DNA of 64,000 nucleotides. Origin: Camelus ferus. Its lineage: Eukaryota. How positions within the stretch are numbered: position 1 is the first letter of the stretch; every line of letters begins with the position of its first letter. A program made the translations under genes and the position numbers. Positions 1 to 11,649 of this stretch are shown here, in pieces. The notes beneath the pieces were generated by a model that made no database searches, was not told the origin of the DNA, and saw nothing but the letters and a program-made list of their open reading frames with translations. The DNA lies in the NCBI RefSeq assembly GCF_009834535.1, contig NC_045696.1, positions 2,792,001 to 2,856,000 on the forward strand, read 5' to 3'.

Positions 1-759
1 GGGCGAGCACCTCCTGTCACTTCAAGAAAGACTCGAGGCAATAAAGTGGCTGCAACAGTTTTACTTACACACAGGCCCTCAGTCTTGCAACCTGAGAGAG
101 CAGGACTTTTCAGGATTTTGACAAATCCTGAGGACCTTTTCCCCAAGGAATCCTAGATGGAGTCGGGCAGCTGCTCTGTCCCCTCCCGGGTCCCCCAGGG
201 GCATCCTCAGAACCATGATGCTTCCTCAGCGGGGTCTGAAGCCCCCACTGGACAGCATGTTTGCCGCACCAGCACTCGGCCCTCTGTGAGTGAACCTGCC
301 AGAAAGTGACTTGGCGGGTGGGACTGCCACCTTGACTCCAGGAGCGGCTCAGGCCGAGGTACCCCCTCCCGCTGCTTGCAGGGCAGCTTGGCTGGTGTGG
401 CCTCCCTGAAGCCTGTGCAGCCAGGCCTCTCCAACCAAGTGACCATGCCTCTAGGCCCTTGAATGTAGATTCTAACAATTTCCAAATGGAACCTCTTCTA
501 CACTGTATTTCCCTTCCTATGTCTTCCTAAACAGCGTGTACAAGACAGAACCATCACAGCCGCGAGTCGTCACACTGGGGTCAACAGCATCCCCACGCAG
601 CCTCACCCCGCTATACACCAGACCGCAAGCTCTGAGCTCCCTTATCTGCACTGGTTTTATTTCCTCATCACCTTTGCTATCAGCAACTATTTGAGGAAGG
701 AAAAAAGAGGCACATATATATTCCTACTAAGGGATGGGCTGAGAGTAAACTGAGTCCTA

Positions 760-1150
760 GTGCAGAGGTTCTTAACTTGCTCTCTGTGAACCTGAATAAG
801 AAATAAAAATCACATCGTTATTTGCAATAACAGCTGGCTGACATTCAGCACTCATTCAACTATGAAGGCAGACACGAAATCCCGGAGTGTTAATGGCAGC
901 TGTGACTTCTTCACCAACAGAAGCCACAGGTGTCTTCACAGCACTACCACAGCAATCGCACACTGTCAGTGACACCCATCAGCACCCAGAAAGAGATGGC
1001 TGAGCCTGTGTTCAGTCTGTTACTAAGGGAGCCAATAAGGTGGCATTTAAGGAAACTTATCACCAATTTGGTTCAATATTTTGATAACGAAAGTTGAGTA
1101 TAACAGGTTCTCTTCTTGATCCTATTTTACTTTTTCTAAAACAGCTGCAG
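760..1150. mobile_element. Old hAT-Charlie-like DNA transposon fragment
   Basis: Begins cagaggttcttaac (Charlie-type TIR) followed by degenerate Charlie-like sequence. Confidence 0.4.
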
Positions 1151-1641
1151 TGAGGAAGTCTGGAGGCCAGGAGAGCACAGGGAAACGCCCAGGGCAGACG
1201 CTTTGCTTCACTCTAGTGGTTTCAAGGTTTTCTTTTAAACAGTTTCAATTAGTCTGCAACAAAAGTGACAGTTATAACTAGACCGTTACTATTTACACAG
1301 TTCCTTTCACTATTCTTAAGTAGTACTTTTCTGAAGTTACAACAGAGATACAAGAGTGTAAATGTATGTACCCTTGGGGACACGAACCCAACAAATGCGT
1401 TGGAATCCACTACCATTAACCATGCAACCGGCTGAAACTGAAATCATCAGCACAGAATGTTAATCTTTTAAGTCATATTTCACCAACTATATTTCATCCA
1501 TTCTAATTCCCACTTTTAAATCTCTGAAGTAGTAAGTCCTTCCACTGGTGCATTCAGAAAGCACCGTGTCAGTCAGTATTACACAATGGTACATCGTAGA
1601 TTCAACCAAATATTGTAACAGAAGTATCCACTCTCTGTAAA

Positions 1642-1643
<2 letters not shown>

Positions 1644-1672
<29 letters not shown>
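1644..1672 (+). repeat. poly(A) tract
   Basis: Run of ~29 A in PKNOX1 intron 1. Confidence 0.95.
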
Positions 1673-1674
<2 letters not shown>

Positions 1675-2329
1675 TGATGAAAGGCAGATCTGCGTCAGTC
1701 TGCCATCTTCCAATCAACGTACAATTGGATTGGGAGCATCACCAATACCTGTACTAGCAGAATGGCCACATCTCACCTCCACTGTTCCACATGACACTTA
1801 CAATGTGTTATACAAAATGCTATGTGTTATATAAATACGTCATTTTTCAATATGTCAGGAAAAAAATCATATTTATACCCAACAAAAGTTGAAGGTTTCG
1901 TTTACCCTGAAGTGGCAAGTACTCACTTCCTAAGAAAAAAACAGTGAAGCTGAGTCTTAGGCTCTAAGTTATTAATTATAGCCCGTTTCATACGGCAATT
2001 ATATCTGGATGGTTGCCAGCACGCGATCAAATTTACCAAACGCACATTTTCCTGCGCACAGGTATCCTCCGCCTGCCGCAACCAAGCATCTTAATTCTGC
2101 TCCCAGCCCCTCGGACCCTGGTTCCCGCAGCACAGGTCAGACGCAGGTGGGGAGTCACACAGCACAAAGGAGAACCTAAATGGCTAAGCCTCAGAGCCAC
2201 CAATAAAACAGGACATTTCAACAGCCACTGCGCTGAAATAAAGCAGACTCAACTCTTCCTGATTTTTCTGAAGTGAGTCACGATTTCTTTCTAAAGGAAT
2301 GTGAATTCCAGAGAGCGGCCGGCCCGTGC

Positions 2330-3740
2330 CCAACACGTCCAGTCATCGAGTTCAAATTAGCCGTTTATTATTCGCGGCGCATTCGTAACGAATTCCAGAA
2401 ACCCGGCACCCCGGCCCTCGGGCAGAAGGCAAGCACACCCCGTCCCCTCCCGGACCCCCGACCCCCAACCCCGCTGGCCGCGCCGGGAAAGCGGGACCCT
2501 CGCAGCCTGAGAGGCGCATGGTCGCCCCGCCACCCGCCCCGCGGAGCTCCGCGCCCGCCGCCCGCGAACCGGGCCCCGCCCCCGCGCCGCCGGCCCCGCC
2601 CCCGCCGCGCGCCCCCGCGCCCCTCAGCCCGGCCCCGCCCCCGCCGCGCGCCCCCGCGACCCCGCCCGCCAGGGGCGCGCGCCGCACTCCGAGAGGGACA
2701 GTTAGGCGCGCGCTCCTCGCAGCGGGCCCCGCGCGGCGACGGCGGCGGCGGCGCCTTCCAGAAATTTCCGCGTCCCTAAACCCACACTGAAAAACAAACG
2801 GGGCGCGCCCCCGCGCCGGCCCGGCGGACGGCGCCCCTCCCCGCCGCCTCGGCTCCCCTCCCCCACTCGCGCCCCCTCCCCGCCCCCTGCCCCTGGCGGC
2901 GGGTCCGGCGCGGCCCTCCCAGGCGGCGGCGGCCCGCGGAGACCCGGGCGGCGGCGGCGGGGCGGTGGCCGCGGCGCCTGCGGGCCGGCGTGATTGATAG
3001 GGACGGGGCGGCGGAGCGGCGGCGGCGGCGGAGCGGTTGAGTGACAGCTTACCTGGGTGCCAATCTTCATCACACTGACAAGCGGCTGCAGCAATCGGGA
3101 CCCGCAGTGCCGCGCCCGCGTCCAACCGTCACGCCGACGCTGGGCCACGCGACACAGCCTCGCTCAATGGGAGGAGGGCGACGCCGACGCGCGCTGCATC
3201 AATATTCACGGAGGGGGCGGGGCCTGCCTGGCCCGGGCCCCGCCCCGTCCCTGCGCCGCGGCGGCTGGGGGCGGGGCCTGCACGCGGAGGGCGGAGAGTG
3301 AGCCGGGGGCGGGCTGCGGCCGACCCGGCCCCGCCCCCGCCTTGCGCCCGAGTCAGGCCCCGCCCTCAGCCGCCGCGCCGGGGCGCGATCGCGCCTCAGG
3401 ACTTGGCAGCAGGGGGCGTGGCGCGCTCAGGTCACGCCTCCTCCGCTCGCTTCTCAGCGGCGGCAGAGGGGTTTGGAGCAGGCTCGGGTGGGCGAAACCA
3501 TCCGCCACGGTCCGGCGGGGGGGGGCTGAGCTGTACCATCCGCGCGAGGAGCCGCTGGCCCCTCTTCATGCGCCCCCGCACAGCCGGGCCTGGCCAGCCG
3601 GGGGCGGCCCTCGGAGGCCGGGCTGCGCGGGCATCCGGGGCCCAGGCCCCTGCCGGGCGCGGCGCCCCTTTGTACACAAGCCCGCGGCCGCCCCTTGCCT
3701 TCTTCCCTGGGGCGCAGGCCGGGGTCGCGAAGAGTGCACA
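2330..3740. promoter_or_regulatory. PKNOX1: CpG island / promoter of PKNOX1 (transcribed on minus strand)
   Basis: Very GC- and CpG-rich, with many GGGGCGGGG GC-boxes and (GGC)n runs. It surrounds a strong minus-strand splice donor. Gene order WDR4-NDUFV3-PKNOX1 matches human 21q22.3. Confidence 0.8.
3053..3200 (-). other. PKNOX1: PKNOX1 non-coding exon 1 (5' UTR); TSS end approximate
   Basis: Minus strand reads ...GCAGCCGCTTGTCAGTGTGATGAAGATTGGCACCCAG|GTAAGC (donor GT at 3052-3051), resembling the recalled human PKNOX1 5' UTR. Synteny agrees. No PKNOX1 coding exon lies in the window. Confidence 0.72.
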
Positions 3741-3924
3741 CGTGCACCCCAAGCATGGCACAGGTGCCCAGCACCTGCCTGACCCCAGGTGCTTAGGCCC
3801 GGGTTGTGAGCTCTTGTCACCACTGCAGGCTGGCCTCTGGTCCGGTGCCCTGCCCTCAGTATGCCTGTCTCCAGGTGACCCACAGAAGCCCCGTATGCTA
3901 GGTGAAGTAGCCTCCTTTAGGGAG

Positions 3925-4378
3925 TGTAGACTGAAATAAATGTGCAGCCTAGAAGCTGAGATTTATGTTTTATTCTGCAGACATTTCTGAGACTTGAATC
4001 CCTGGAGCCCAGGATGACAGCCTCCCAGATCGCTCTGAAGGATTGCTCCAAAGAGGTACGGGAGGACCCAGGCTATTATTGGAGTTTTACAACAAAGAGC
4101 CTGTAGTCAGAACATTAAAGATTACTGTTAAAGAAAACCAGACATCTCAAAGAATTTAGTGCTTTTCTGTGTGTGGGAAGAAGCAAACGTTTGGGCTCAT
4201 TTAAATCTTTTGACAAGCACCTAGCCAGTATCTTGTCCTTTCACATTCTGATCCCCCTCAGGCTGCAGAGGTCGGGCTGCAGGCTTGTCTTCACTGGGGG
4301 TTGGCGGCAGCAGCTGATGATTTGATGGTTTCAGCATTCTCTGTTTACTGATATGGGTTGCTTTATTTTTCATTCACA
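3925..4378 (-). mobile_element. ERV1-class solo LTR (MER41-like, ungulate/camelid lineage)
   Basis: TG...CA termini (tgtagactga...cattcaca), ~454 bp, AATAAA on minus strand (plus tttatt ~3969-3974). Internal blocks resemble MER41-like ungulate LTRs. Only a 3-bp flank match (gag). Confidence 0.65.
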
Positions 4379-5979
4379 GAGACACGTAAAGTGTGGTCTG
4401 TATTTCAAGGTGAACTTTCAAAGACTGTGTTGCGGTATCCCCTCGGGTCCCTCTGGTGGCCTTGCCTTCCAAGACCTTAAGGGACGGGCAATGCCTTCCC
4501 TAGTGCAGAGGCCCTGGGCTTGGCCGACTGGCTGTTCATCTTTGCAGAAACATTCCTCCTGCATGGGAGGATGGCTGCGTGGAGCCCGTACACAGCTGGG
4601 AGAAGGGCTGCCCCACCGTGCTGCCCTGGTGTGAAGCAGACGCAGGACAGGAAGTAGGGCTGGAGGCTACCTGGGGGAGGTTCAGTCTTGAGCAGCCCAG
4701 GAGGACATCCCTGCTAAGTCTTCAGGGCTCCACAAACACCATGAAGCCACAGGCGGCCTGTGTGGCCCTGCAGAACTGTGTTTTCTGGAGAGAAGGTTGT
4801 AGCAGCTGCCCGGGCTTGGAGGAGGCCAGTGAGCCACTGACGAGTGGAAAGTTGGAGGGGACGCCAAAACCTCAGTGATGCAGACCAGCTACATATACGT
4901 GCAGGGCCTGGGCAAAGCGGAAATGCAAGTTCCCATGTTCAGAAGTTGTTAAGAATTTTAAGACAGGGACAGCAGAACATTAAATTGAACATGGGCCCCA
5001 AGCACCTGCCCTGGCCTCACTGGCCTCACCCTAGTCCCCACCTTGGGCTGAAGCTGTCACCTGGTTCCCATCAAGTGTGTGAGGCATCAGGGGCCTGGGA
5101 CCAGGAAGACCTGGGGGTGTGCAGTCACCTGAGAGCCGGGTACAAGTCAAGGCAGGTGAGGCCCAGGCCCTGCACCCCACATCTGGTCTCTGAAAAGAGA
5201 GAGGGCTGGAAGCACCAACAGAGATCACCTCCAGGCTTGTGGCCCTGAGCCACTCACATTTGGAAACCCTTTTTAGGAAACATTCAAAATTAGGTAGAAG
5301 TCGGGTCACGGAGGTCAAAACCTCCTTTGCTTTCCTTGGGCTCCACCCACGGCCTCCCAACTCCTGTTGGCACTAGGGTGGCTTACTAACAAAAAGGAAA
5401 CATTTGTACACAATTAGTAATTCTGGTTATTTTCTTTCCAATTTCTTATTTAAAGATTTGCTACTATTGACCCAAGAACCTCATTTGGGTGTGTGAAATA
5501 AAAAGCCACATACAACTGTTCATAGAACTTCCAGGAGGACAGCAGGGGCTGTGAGGCCAGGAGGCGAGTTGGTGGGGCACAGGAGCCAGCCTGATGGAGC
5601 CCTGCTCTGTGCAGCTCTGTCTCAAGCTAGAGGAGGTGGGGGAGGATGTGGAAGAAAGAAAAGCCTTGGACCCTGCCCGGCAGAGCTTATGATCCAGTGC
5701 ACAAAGCCTGTGGTACCCAGGACAGGGTGCAGGGCACTGCACTGTGTGCAGGAGATCACGAGGTGAAGCTGGAGGAGGTGGGGGGAGGCAGAGCTGGGCT
5801 GTCAGAATGGCTGGGAGTTGAGGCTTTGCTAAGAAAAATGAGTGAGAAAACCACCTAAAAATAAGGGCAAGTCTCTTGGCTTAGGGTAGCCAGATACATG
5901 CGCTGCTTCGATTTGCACTGATAAGCAGGGGCTGGGAGTCGCCAGCGATTAGTAGGGGAAGATTCTCTAAAAGATCTGA

Positions 5980-6570
5980 GGCAGACCACATCACTGCTGC
6001 ACTCAACCCCTCCGAGAGTCCCTGTCTCATTCAGAGTAAAAGCAAAGTTCGCTCAGCACCCGTGAGGGTCTCCGTGGTCTCCCTGCCCCGGCCCTGTGCC
6101 TCTGACCTCAGCTCCCACCACCCTTCCCCTCGCCTACTCTGTTCCAGTTTGCCCCCTTGCTGCTCCTTGCTCAGTCCAGGAGTGATTCAGCCTCAGGGTC
6201 TTTGCACTGCCTAGTCCCTATGCTTGGAGCACTCTTCCCAAAGATAACTTCATGGCTCTCACCTTTACACCCTGAAGTCTTTCTTAGCATCACTTCCTCA
6301 AGAGAGCTTTAAAATTGCAAACTCCCAACCCCTTCCCATCCTCTTCACCCTGCTTTCTCCCCCATGGTACTTGTGTAGATACATGTAACATACGATGTAA
6401 CTGTATAACCATGTAACATATTTATTATGTCTACTGTCCAACACTCACACACACATGAACACTAGAGTTTGCCCACCAGGAGAGCAAGAATTTTACTCTG
6501 TTCACTGAGGTATGTGGAGCACCTGTCCTAGTGCCTGGCAAGTAAGTATTTGTTGAATGCATGAACGAGT
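5980..6570 (+). mobile_element. L2 LINE 3' fragment
   Basis: Typical L2 motifs: cctcagggtctttgcactg, tgttcactgaggtat...gtgcctggca...gtatttgttgaatgcatgaa. Confidence 0.7.
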
Positions 6571-6584
6571 GTTTCTAAGACAAG

Positions 6585-6940
6585 GTATGTTTGTTATCTG
6601 TTGCTTCAGAACCAATTATCACAAACTCGGTGGCTAAAAACACATTATCTCAGTTTTGTGGGTTGTAAATCCAGGTGTAACTTGACTGAGTCCTTTACCT
6701 CAGGGCCTCTCACGACTAATGGTCAGGGCTGGGGTCTCATTTGAAGGCTTGATCAGGGAAGGGTCCCTTTCCCAGCTCACATGGTTGTGGGCAGATGGAC
6801 TGAGGGCCTCAGCTCCTTGCTGGCTGTTGGCTGAAGGTCCCTTCAGTTCTTGCCATGTGGACCTCTCCTTAGAGGAACTCATGATACAGTAGCTTGCTTC
6901 ATCAAAGCCAGCAAGGACTAGCGTCTGCTAGGAAGAGCCC
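6585..6940 (-). mobile_element. MaLR MLT1-type LTR
   Basis: tgttatctgttgct...cattatctcagttttgtgggt...cttcagttcttgccatgtggacctctc...gcttgcttcatcaaagccagcaag pattern. Confidence 0.65.
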
Positions 6941-7139
6941 CCCCCCCCAACACAGAGGGTCCCCGAGGCCAAGATGAGGAGGACCCACAGTTCTTCATGC
7001 TGGAGCCTTGGTTTTCTCAAGAAGAAAATTCCAACAATGAAGTCCCTAAAAGATCAGGGTAGAAGACACACCCCACCAGTGACATTTCCCCCTCAAGGAT
7101 CCCAGCAAAATGCAGCAGGGAAATGGCAGCCAATGTTGA

Positions 7140-8175
7140 AGCATATTGTTAGCCAGTTTGTGCAACATGGATGGACCTGGAGATCATCATTCTGAGTAAA
7201 GTAGGCCAGAAAGAGAAAGAACTATTGATAGCACTTTTATGTGAAATCTTAAAAAAGGATACAAATGAACTTACTTACAAACAGAGACAGACTCACAGAC
7301 ATAGAAAACAAACTTACAGTTACCAGGGGAAGGGGGTGGGGGAGGGATAAGTTGGGAGTTCAGGATTTGCAAATACCAATTACTATATATAAAATAGATA
7401 AATAACAAGGTCTGTATAGCAAGGGAAATATATTCAATAGCTTATAATAGCCTATAATGAAAAAGAATATGAAAAGGAAAAAATATATATAACTGAATCC
7501 CTATGTTGTACACTAGAAATAAACACACTGTAAATCAACTATACTTCAATTAAAAAAATAATAATAATGTTGGCCAAAGAAAGAATCATGACTCTCAGGC
7601 AGACATACAATCAACAGGTGGCAAATGTCTTCCTGAGTACATTAATAGAATGAGGGAAGGAGCACTATTTACAACAGCCAAGACATGGAAGCAATGTAAA
7701 TGTCCGTCAAGATGAAGAAGATGTGGTAACATGCACAGTGAAATACTACTCAGCCGTTAAAAACAATGAAATAATGCTATTTGCAGCAACATGGATAGAC
7801 CTAGAGATGATCATACTGAGTAAGTCAGAGAAAGACAAATATCATATGATTCTGCTTATATGTGGAATCTAAAAAATGAAAATTTTATTTACAAACCAGA
7901 TATAGACTCAGACAGAAAAAAAACTGTGGTTACCAATGGAGAAAGAAGGGGGAAGGGATAGATTAGGAGTTTGGGATTAACAGATACACTCTACTGTATA
8001 TAAAATAGATAAACAACAGGGACTTACCGTACAGCACAGGGAACTCTATTCAATTTTTTGTAATGTGCTGTAGTGGAAAAGAATCTGAAAAATTATATCT
8101 ATATGTATAACTGAATCACTTTGCTCTATACCTGAAACTAACATTGTAAATCAACTACGCTTCAATTTAAAAAAA
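7140..8175 (+). mobile_element. Two tandem L1 3'-end fragments (~7140-7560 and ~7660-8175)
   Basis: Each has gcaacatgga..gacct.gagat.atcat.ctgagt...cagactcacagac...gtaaatcaacta..cttcaatt plus an A-tail. Confidence 0.85.
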
Positions 8176-8659
8176 GGGAATTTAAAATGCAATCCTAGAA
8201 ATAAATACTATAGAAATGCAAACTATTTTATTAAAACTGACCTGAGGTTAATAAATGACTCTTTGGGAATAAAGATTCAACCAAGTAAGATGAATAAAGT
8301 GAGTGACATTTCAAAAAAAAATAGAATGAGGGAACTTGGAAGAAGTTACAGCCAGTTCAAAGGAAAACGCCAAGAACAGACACATATCTAGGCAGAAATA
8401 TCAGGGTGAACTTGGAAACTGTGCAGAACTGGCTTTGGTAGGAGGATTTGGGGGCCGTGGGGAGCAAGCTGTCCCTCCATCGCATAGACACAGACGGACA
8501 CCATCATCACCCGCTGTCTGCGGCTCAGCCTGTGAAGCAGCTCAAAGGCAGTGAAGGGCTGGAATCAGCAGCCCAGATGGGCGCGCGCCAAGGAACACGT
8601 CGCTTCCCACTGGAGACGCCCAGCAAGTGTTCTTGCCTGTCCCAGGGCTCCTTACACAG

Positions 8660-9100
8660 GGTGTGTTACTTTTCTGGGGCCTCCGTAACAAAGCGCTGCA
8701 GACTGAGTGGCTGAAACAACAGGGAGTCATTCTCTCAGGTCTGGAGGCGGGAAGGAAGTCCAACCAAGACCAAGGTGTCAGCACCTGGGTGGCTTCTGAG
8801 GACTAGGAGGGAGCCTCTGTCCCAGGCTCTCCCCTAGTTTCTGGAGGTCTGATGCGGTTTCTGGCATTCCTGGACTTGCAGAAACATCACCCTGGTGTCT
8901 GCCTTCGCAGTGTTCTCTCTGTGTGCCAGATTTCCCCCTTTCATAAGGACATCAGTCCTATTAGGTTAGGGCCTACCCCCAATACCCTCTTTGTAACTTG
9001 GGAAAGATTCTGTATTTCCCAAAGCAGTCACATCCAGAGGTCCTGGGGGCTAGGACTCAACATACGAACTTTGAGGGTGGGGGCAGAATCCAGCCTAACA
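8660..9100 (-). mobile_element. MaLR MLT1-type LTR
   Basis: ctggggcctccgtaacaaag...ctgagtggctgaaacaacag...cattctctcaggtctggaggc...ataaggacatcagtcctattagg...gggctaggactcaacata. Confidence 0.7.
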
Positions 9101-9960
9101 CCACAACGTCCTAACCTGGAAACGCAGCTGGCCAAACAGAGATGTGAGGAGGAGCTGAGGGCCTGGGCTCTGGTCGCGGGATCGAATCGCACCAGGTCCT
9201 GGCTGCGAGGGGTCCCTCCCCCCAGTCAGCATGGTCCTGTGGCCGTTTTGTGGTGGGTGACCACCTGTCCGCACCAGGACCTCTCCTGGCCAGTGGGCTC
9301 CAACCCTGGTCCCAGAAAGATCCGGCTTCCTTCGGGCGACTCTGAGTCAATGACTGAAAACGTGCTGCTCAGGAGCACGCTTACTGAGGACGCACTCTGG
9401 GAGGACGCTGCGGTGGCCCTCGCCTCCCGCGCTCGCCTGAGGTGAAGTCAGGAGTCCGAACCCCCGCGGTGGAGGACCACGGCTCCCGGCTCTACCCCGA
9501 CCGCACAGCTTGTGCGCAGGCTTCCCAGCGAAAGAGCTTTGTCCCCACCACCTGCCCCAGAACAGCCGCTTCAAGGGCATGAAGCGTGGCTCCATGTCTC
9601 CTGTGTTGCAGCCGTCACCTTCCCCAGTCTTGGTCACAGGGCACACCACAACGGCTGCTCAGCCCATCGATGGACAATGTGCTCTGGAGCTGGCTGCTCC
9701 AAGGAAAGCCAGCCACTGACTTTCTGAGCAGGACTAGAACAGGCCTCCTCAGGCCCCATGGCTGCAAGGGCCAGAGTGACCTGGCCGCTGGCTTGTAACC
9801 AGCGACTCTCCAGAATAAGCTGCTGCTTCAGTTTCCTTTGTGATCGGGCCAGTTTCTTTTTTCTTTTTCTTCTTTTTTTTTTCCTTTTTTCCTTTTTCTT
9901 TTCTTTTTTTTCGGGGGGGGGGCAGTTTCTGATTAGGCTCACAGTCAAGAGGCATTGCCT

Positions 9961-10089
9961 TGGGAGGAGGGTATACAGCTCAGTGGTAGAGCGCATGCCT
10001 AGCGTGCAGGGGGATCCTGGGTTCAACTCCCAGTACCTCCATTAAAAAATAAATAAACAAACAAATAAATCTAATTACTCCCCCCAGAA
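9961..10089 (+). mobile_element. tRNA-Ala-derived camelid SINE (Vic-1-like)
   Basis: A-box agctcagtggtaga, B-box ggttcaactcc, AT-rich tail and terminal C-run. TSD aagaggcattg at 9947-9957 and 10090-10100. Confidence 0.85.
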
Positions 10090-10399
10090 AAGAGGCATTG
10101 TCTGTGATGTCATTTTTGTAAAAGTCTGTTTCTCGTTGAAGTTACAAAAGCAGCAAGAGCAGACGGTTTTGCAGGGCCAACCCCACTTTATTCTAAAGGC
10201 TGCCACCAGTGCTGGGGGTCCAGGGAGGTGGGGAGACGAGCCCACCTTGGCCTGAAGCTGCACCCCCACGTCTGGCCTGAGAAACAGAGCCCATGAGCAC
10301 AATCGACCTCTCTTTGTTGTTTGTTATGAAGAGTGATCTGATTCAAACATTCCTCGAAGGCCCCTGGCTTCTTCCACTGAGTTCCTCCATGCTGTAACC

Positions 10400-10780
10400 C
10401 TTGCCAGGATTTCCTTCTTCTTTTAAGGCTGAGTAATATTCCATAGTCCGGATGGCCCACATCTTGTCTGCCCATTCATCTGCCAGTGGGCACCCGGGTT
10501 GTTTCCACCCCTGGGCTATTGTGAGTGATGCTGCTGTGAACACAGGTGTGCACACACCTGTTTGAGCCCCTGCTTTCAATTCTTTGGGGTCTGTACCCAG
10601 AAGTGGATTTGCTGGATCATATGGTAATTATATTTTTAATTTTTTAAGCAACTGCAATACCGTTTTCCACAGTGGCCACACGATTTTACATTCTCACAGG
10701 GAATGCACAAGAATTCCAATTTCTCCACATCCTTGCCAACACTTGCTACTTCCCATTTTTTGATAGTAGCCATCCTAGAG
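10400..10780 (-). mobile_element. L1 ORF2-end/3' fragment
   Basis: tttaaggctgagtaatattcc...gtacccagaagtggatttgctggatcatatggtaat...ttctccacatccttgccaacacttg. Confidence 0.8.
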
Positions 10781-11649
10781 GGTAGCAATGAGGGTAGAGG
10801 GTAGAGGGTAGAGGGTGAGGTGGTAGCAATGGTTTTTAAGACTCCTTTGGTTCCAAATTACTTTAGAGGACTTTCTCTCCCCTCCTATCTTCTGAAAAGT
10901 TCAAGAGGTTAAATGTATAAAATAAATTCCTAAAAATGAGAAATTGGGAAGTTTAGACTTAAATTTCTTAGAGAGGTTAGAATGAGTCCTTTTATACAGA
11001 CTCCCGGTGGGAAACTCCATGTCACACCTCACAGCTGGCTTTGGGTTCCTGAAAGCATACGATATTAGACATTAAACCTAAGAAATTGTTCTTAAAGGAT
11101 TTTTAATAATTCATTTAAACTTACAATAAGAAACCTATTCCATGCTAATCAATGTTGACCTAAATAACATTTTATGAAAAATCACTGTTTTCAAAAAATG
11201 ATCATGGAGAACAGTGGGCTTGTTTTGTATTTTTGCAAATCTTTTTGATGTTTAGCCAAATAGAAGACAGCTGGCTTCTCATGTCTGCTTCTGTGTTCCA
11301 TCTGCTGTAAGATACTGTTTTAGTTGATGTGGGTGAAGAAAATTTGGCCTCACGGAGATGTGTGGCCGGCACACGGAGGAGCGTTTGTATATATCCTCCA
11401 CCAAAACTGACACGGGGGCGTTTCTTAAAGGTTCCTTGCAGCGCGGACTCCAGCACCTGCAGCAATGAAACTCCCACGCTATTAGACAAAACCCCACTGG
11501 TCTCTCTGGCACTTTGAATGGGTCTGTTACACACACATGATTTAAGTAACATGGCCATTTGGTCACTTGGAAAATATTAATTCACTGAGTTACGCAGTTT
11601 TTCCAAATGTCGACATATTTCACTGGACAATATTAAAAATCACAGTTCT

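Noticed and set aside
2273..3939. Long overlapping ORFs (168-257 aa) over the PKNOX1 CpG island
   Set aside because: Pro/Arg/Gly/Ala-rich in several frames on both strands, as expected from stop-codon scarcity in GC-rich DNA; no recognisable domain.
9961..10040. Apparent tRNA-Ala genes (here and at ~29.05, 42.67, 43.70 and 44.24 kb)
   Set aside because: Diverged copies share a non-tRNA AT-rich tail, some with TSDs, so they are SINEs.
9634..10045. Lys-rich and Phe-rich ORFs
   Set aside because: Translation of a T-rich low-complexity tract (~9853-9911) and the adjacent SINE.
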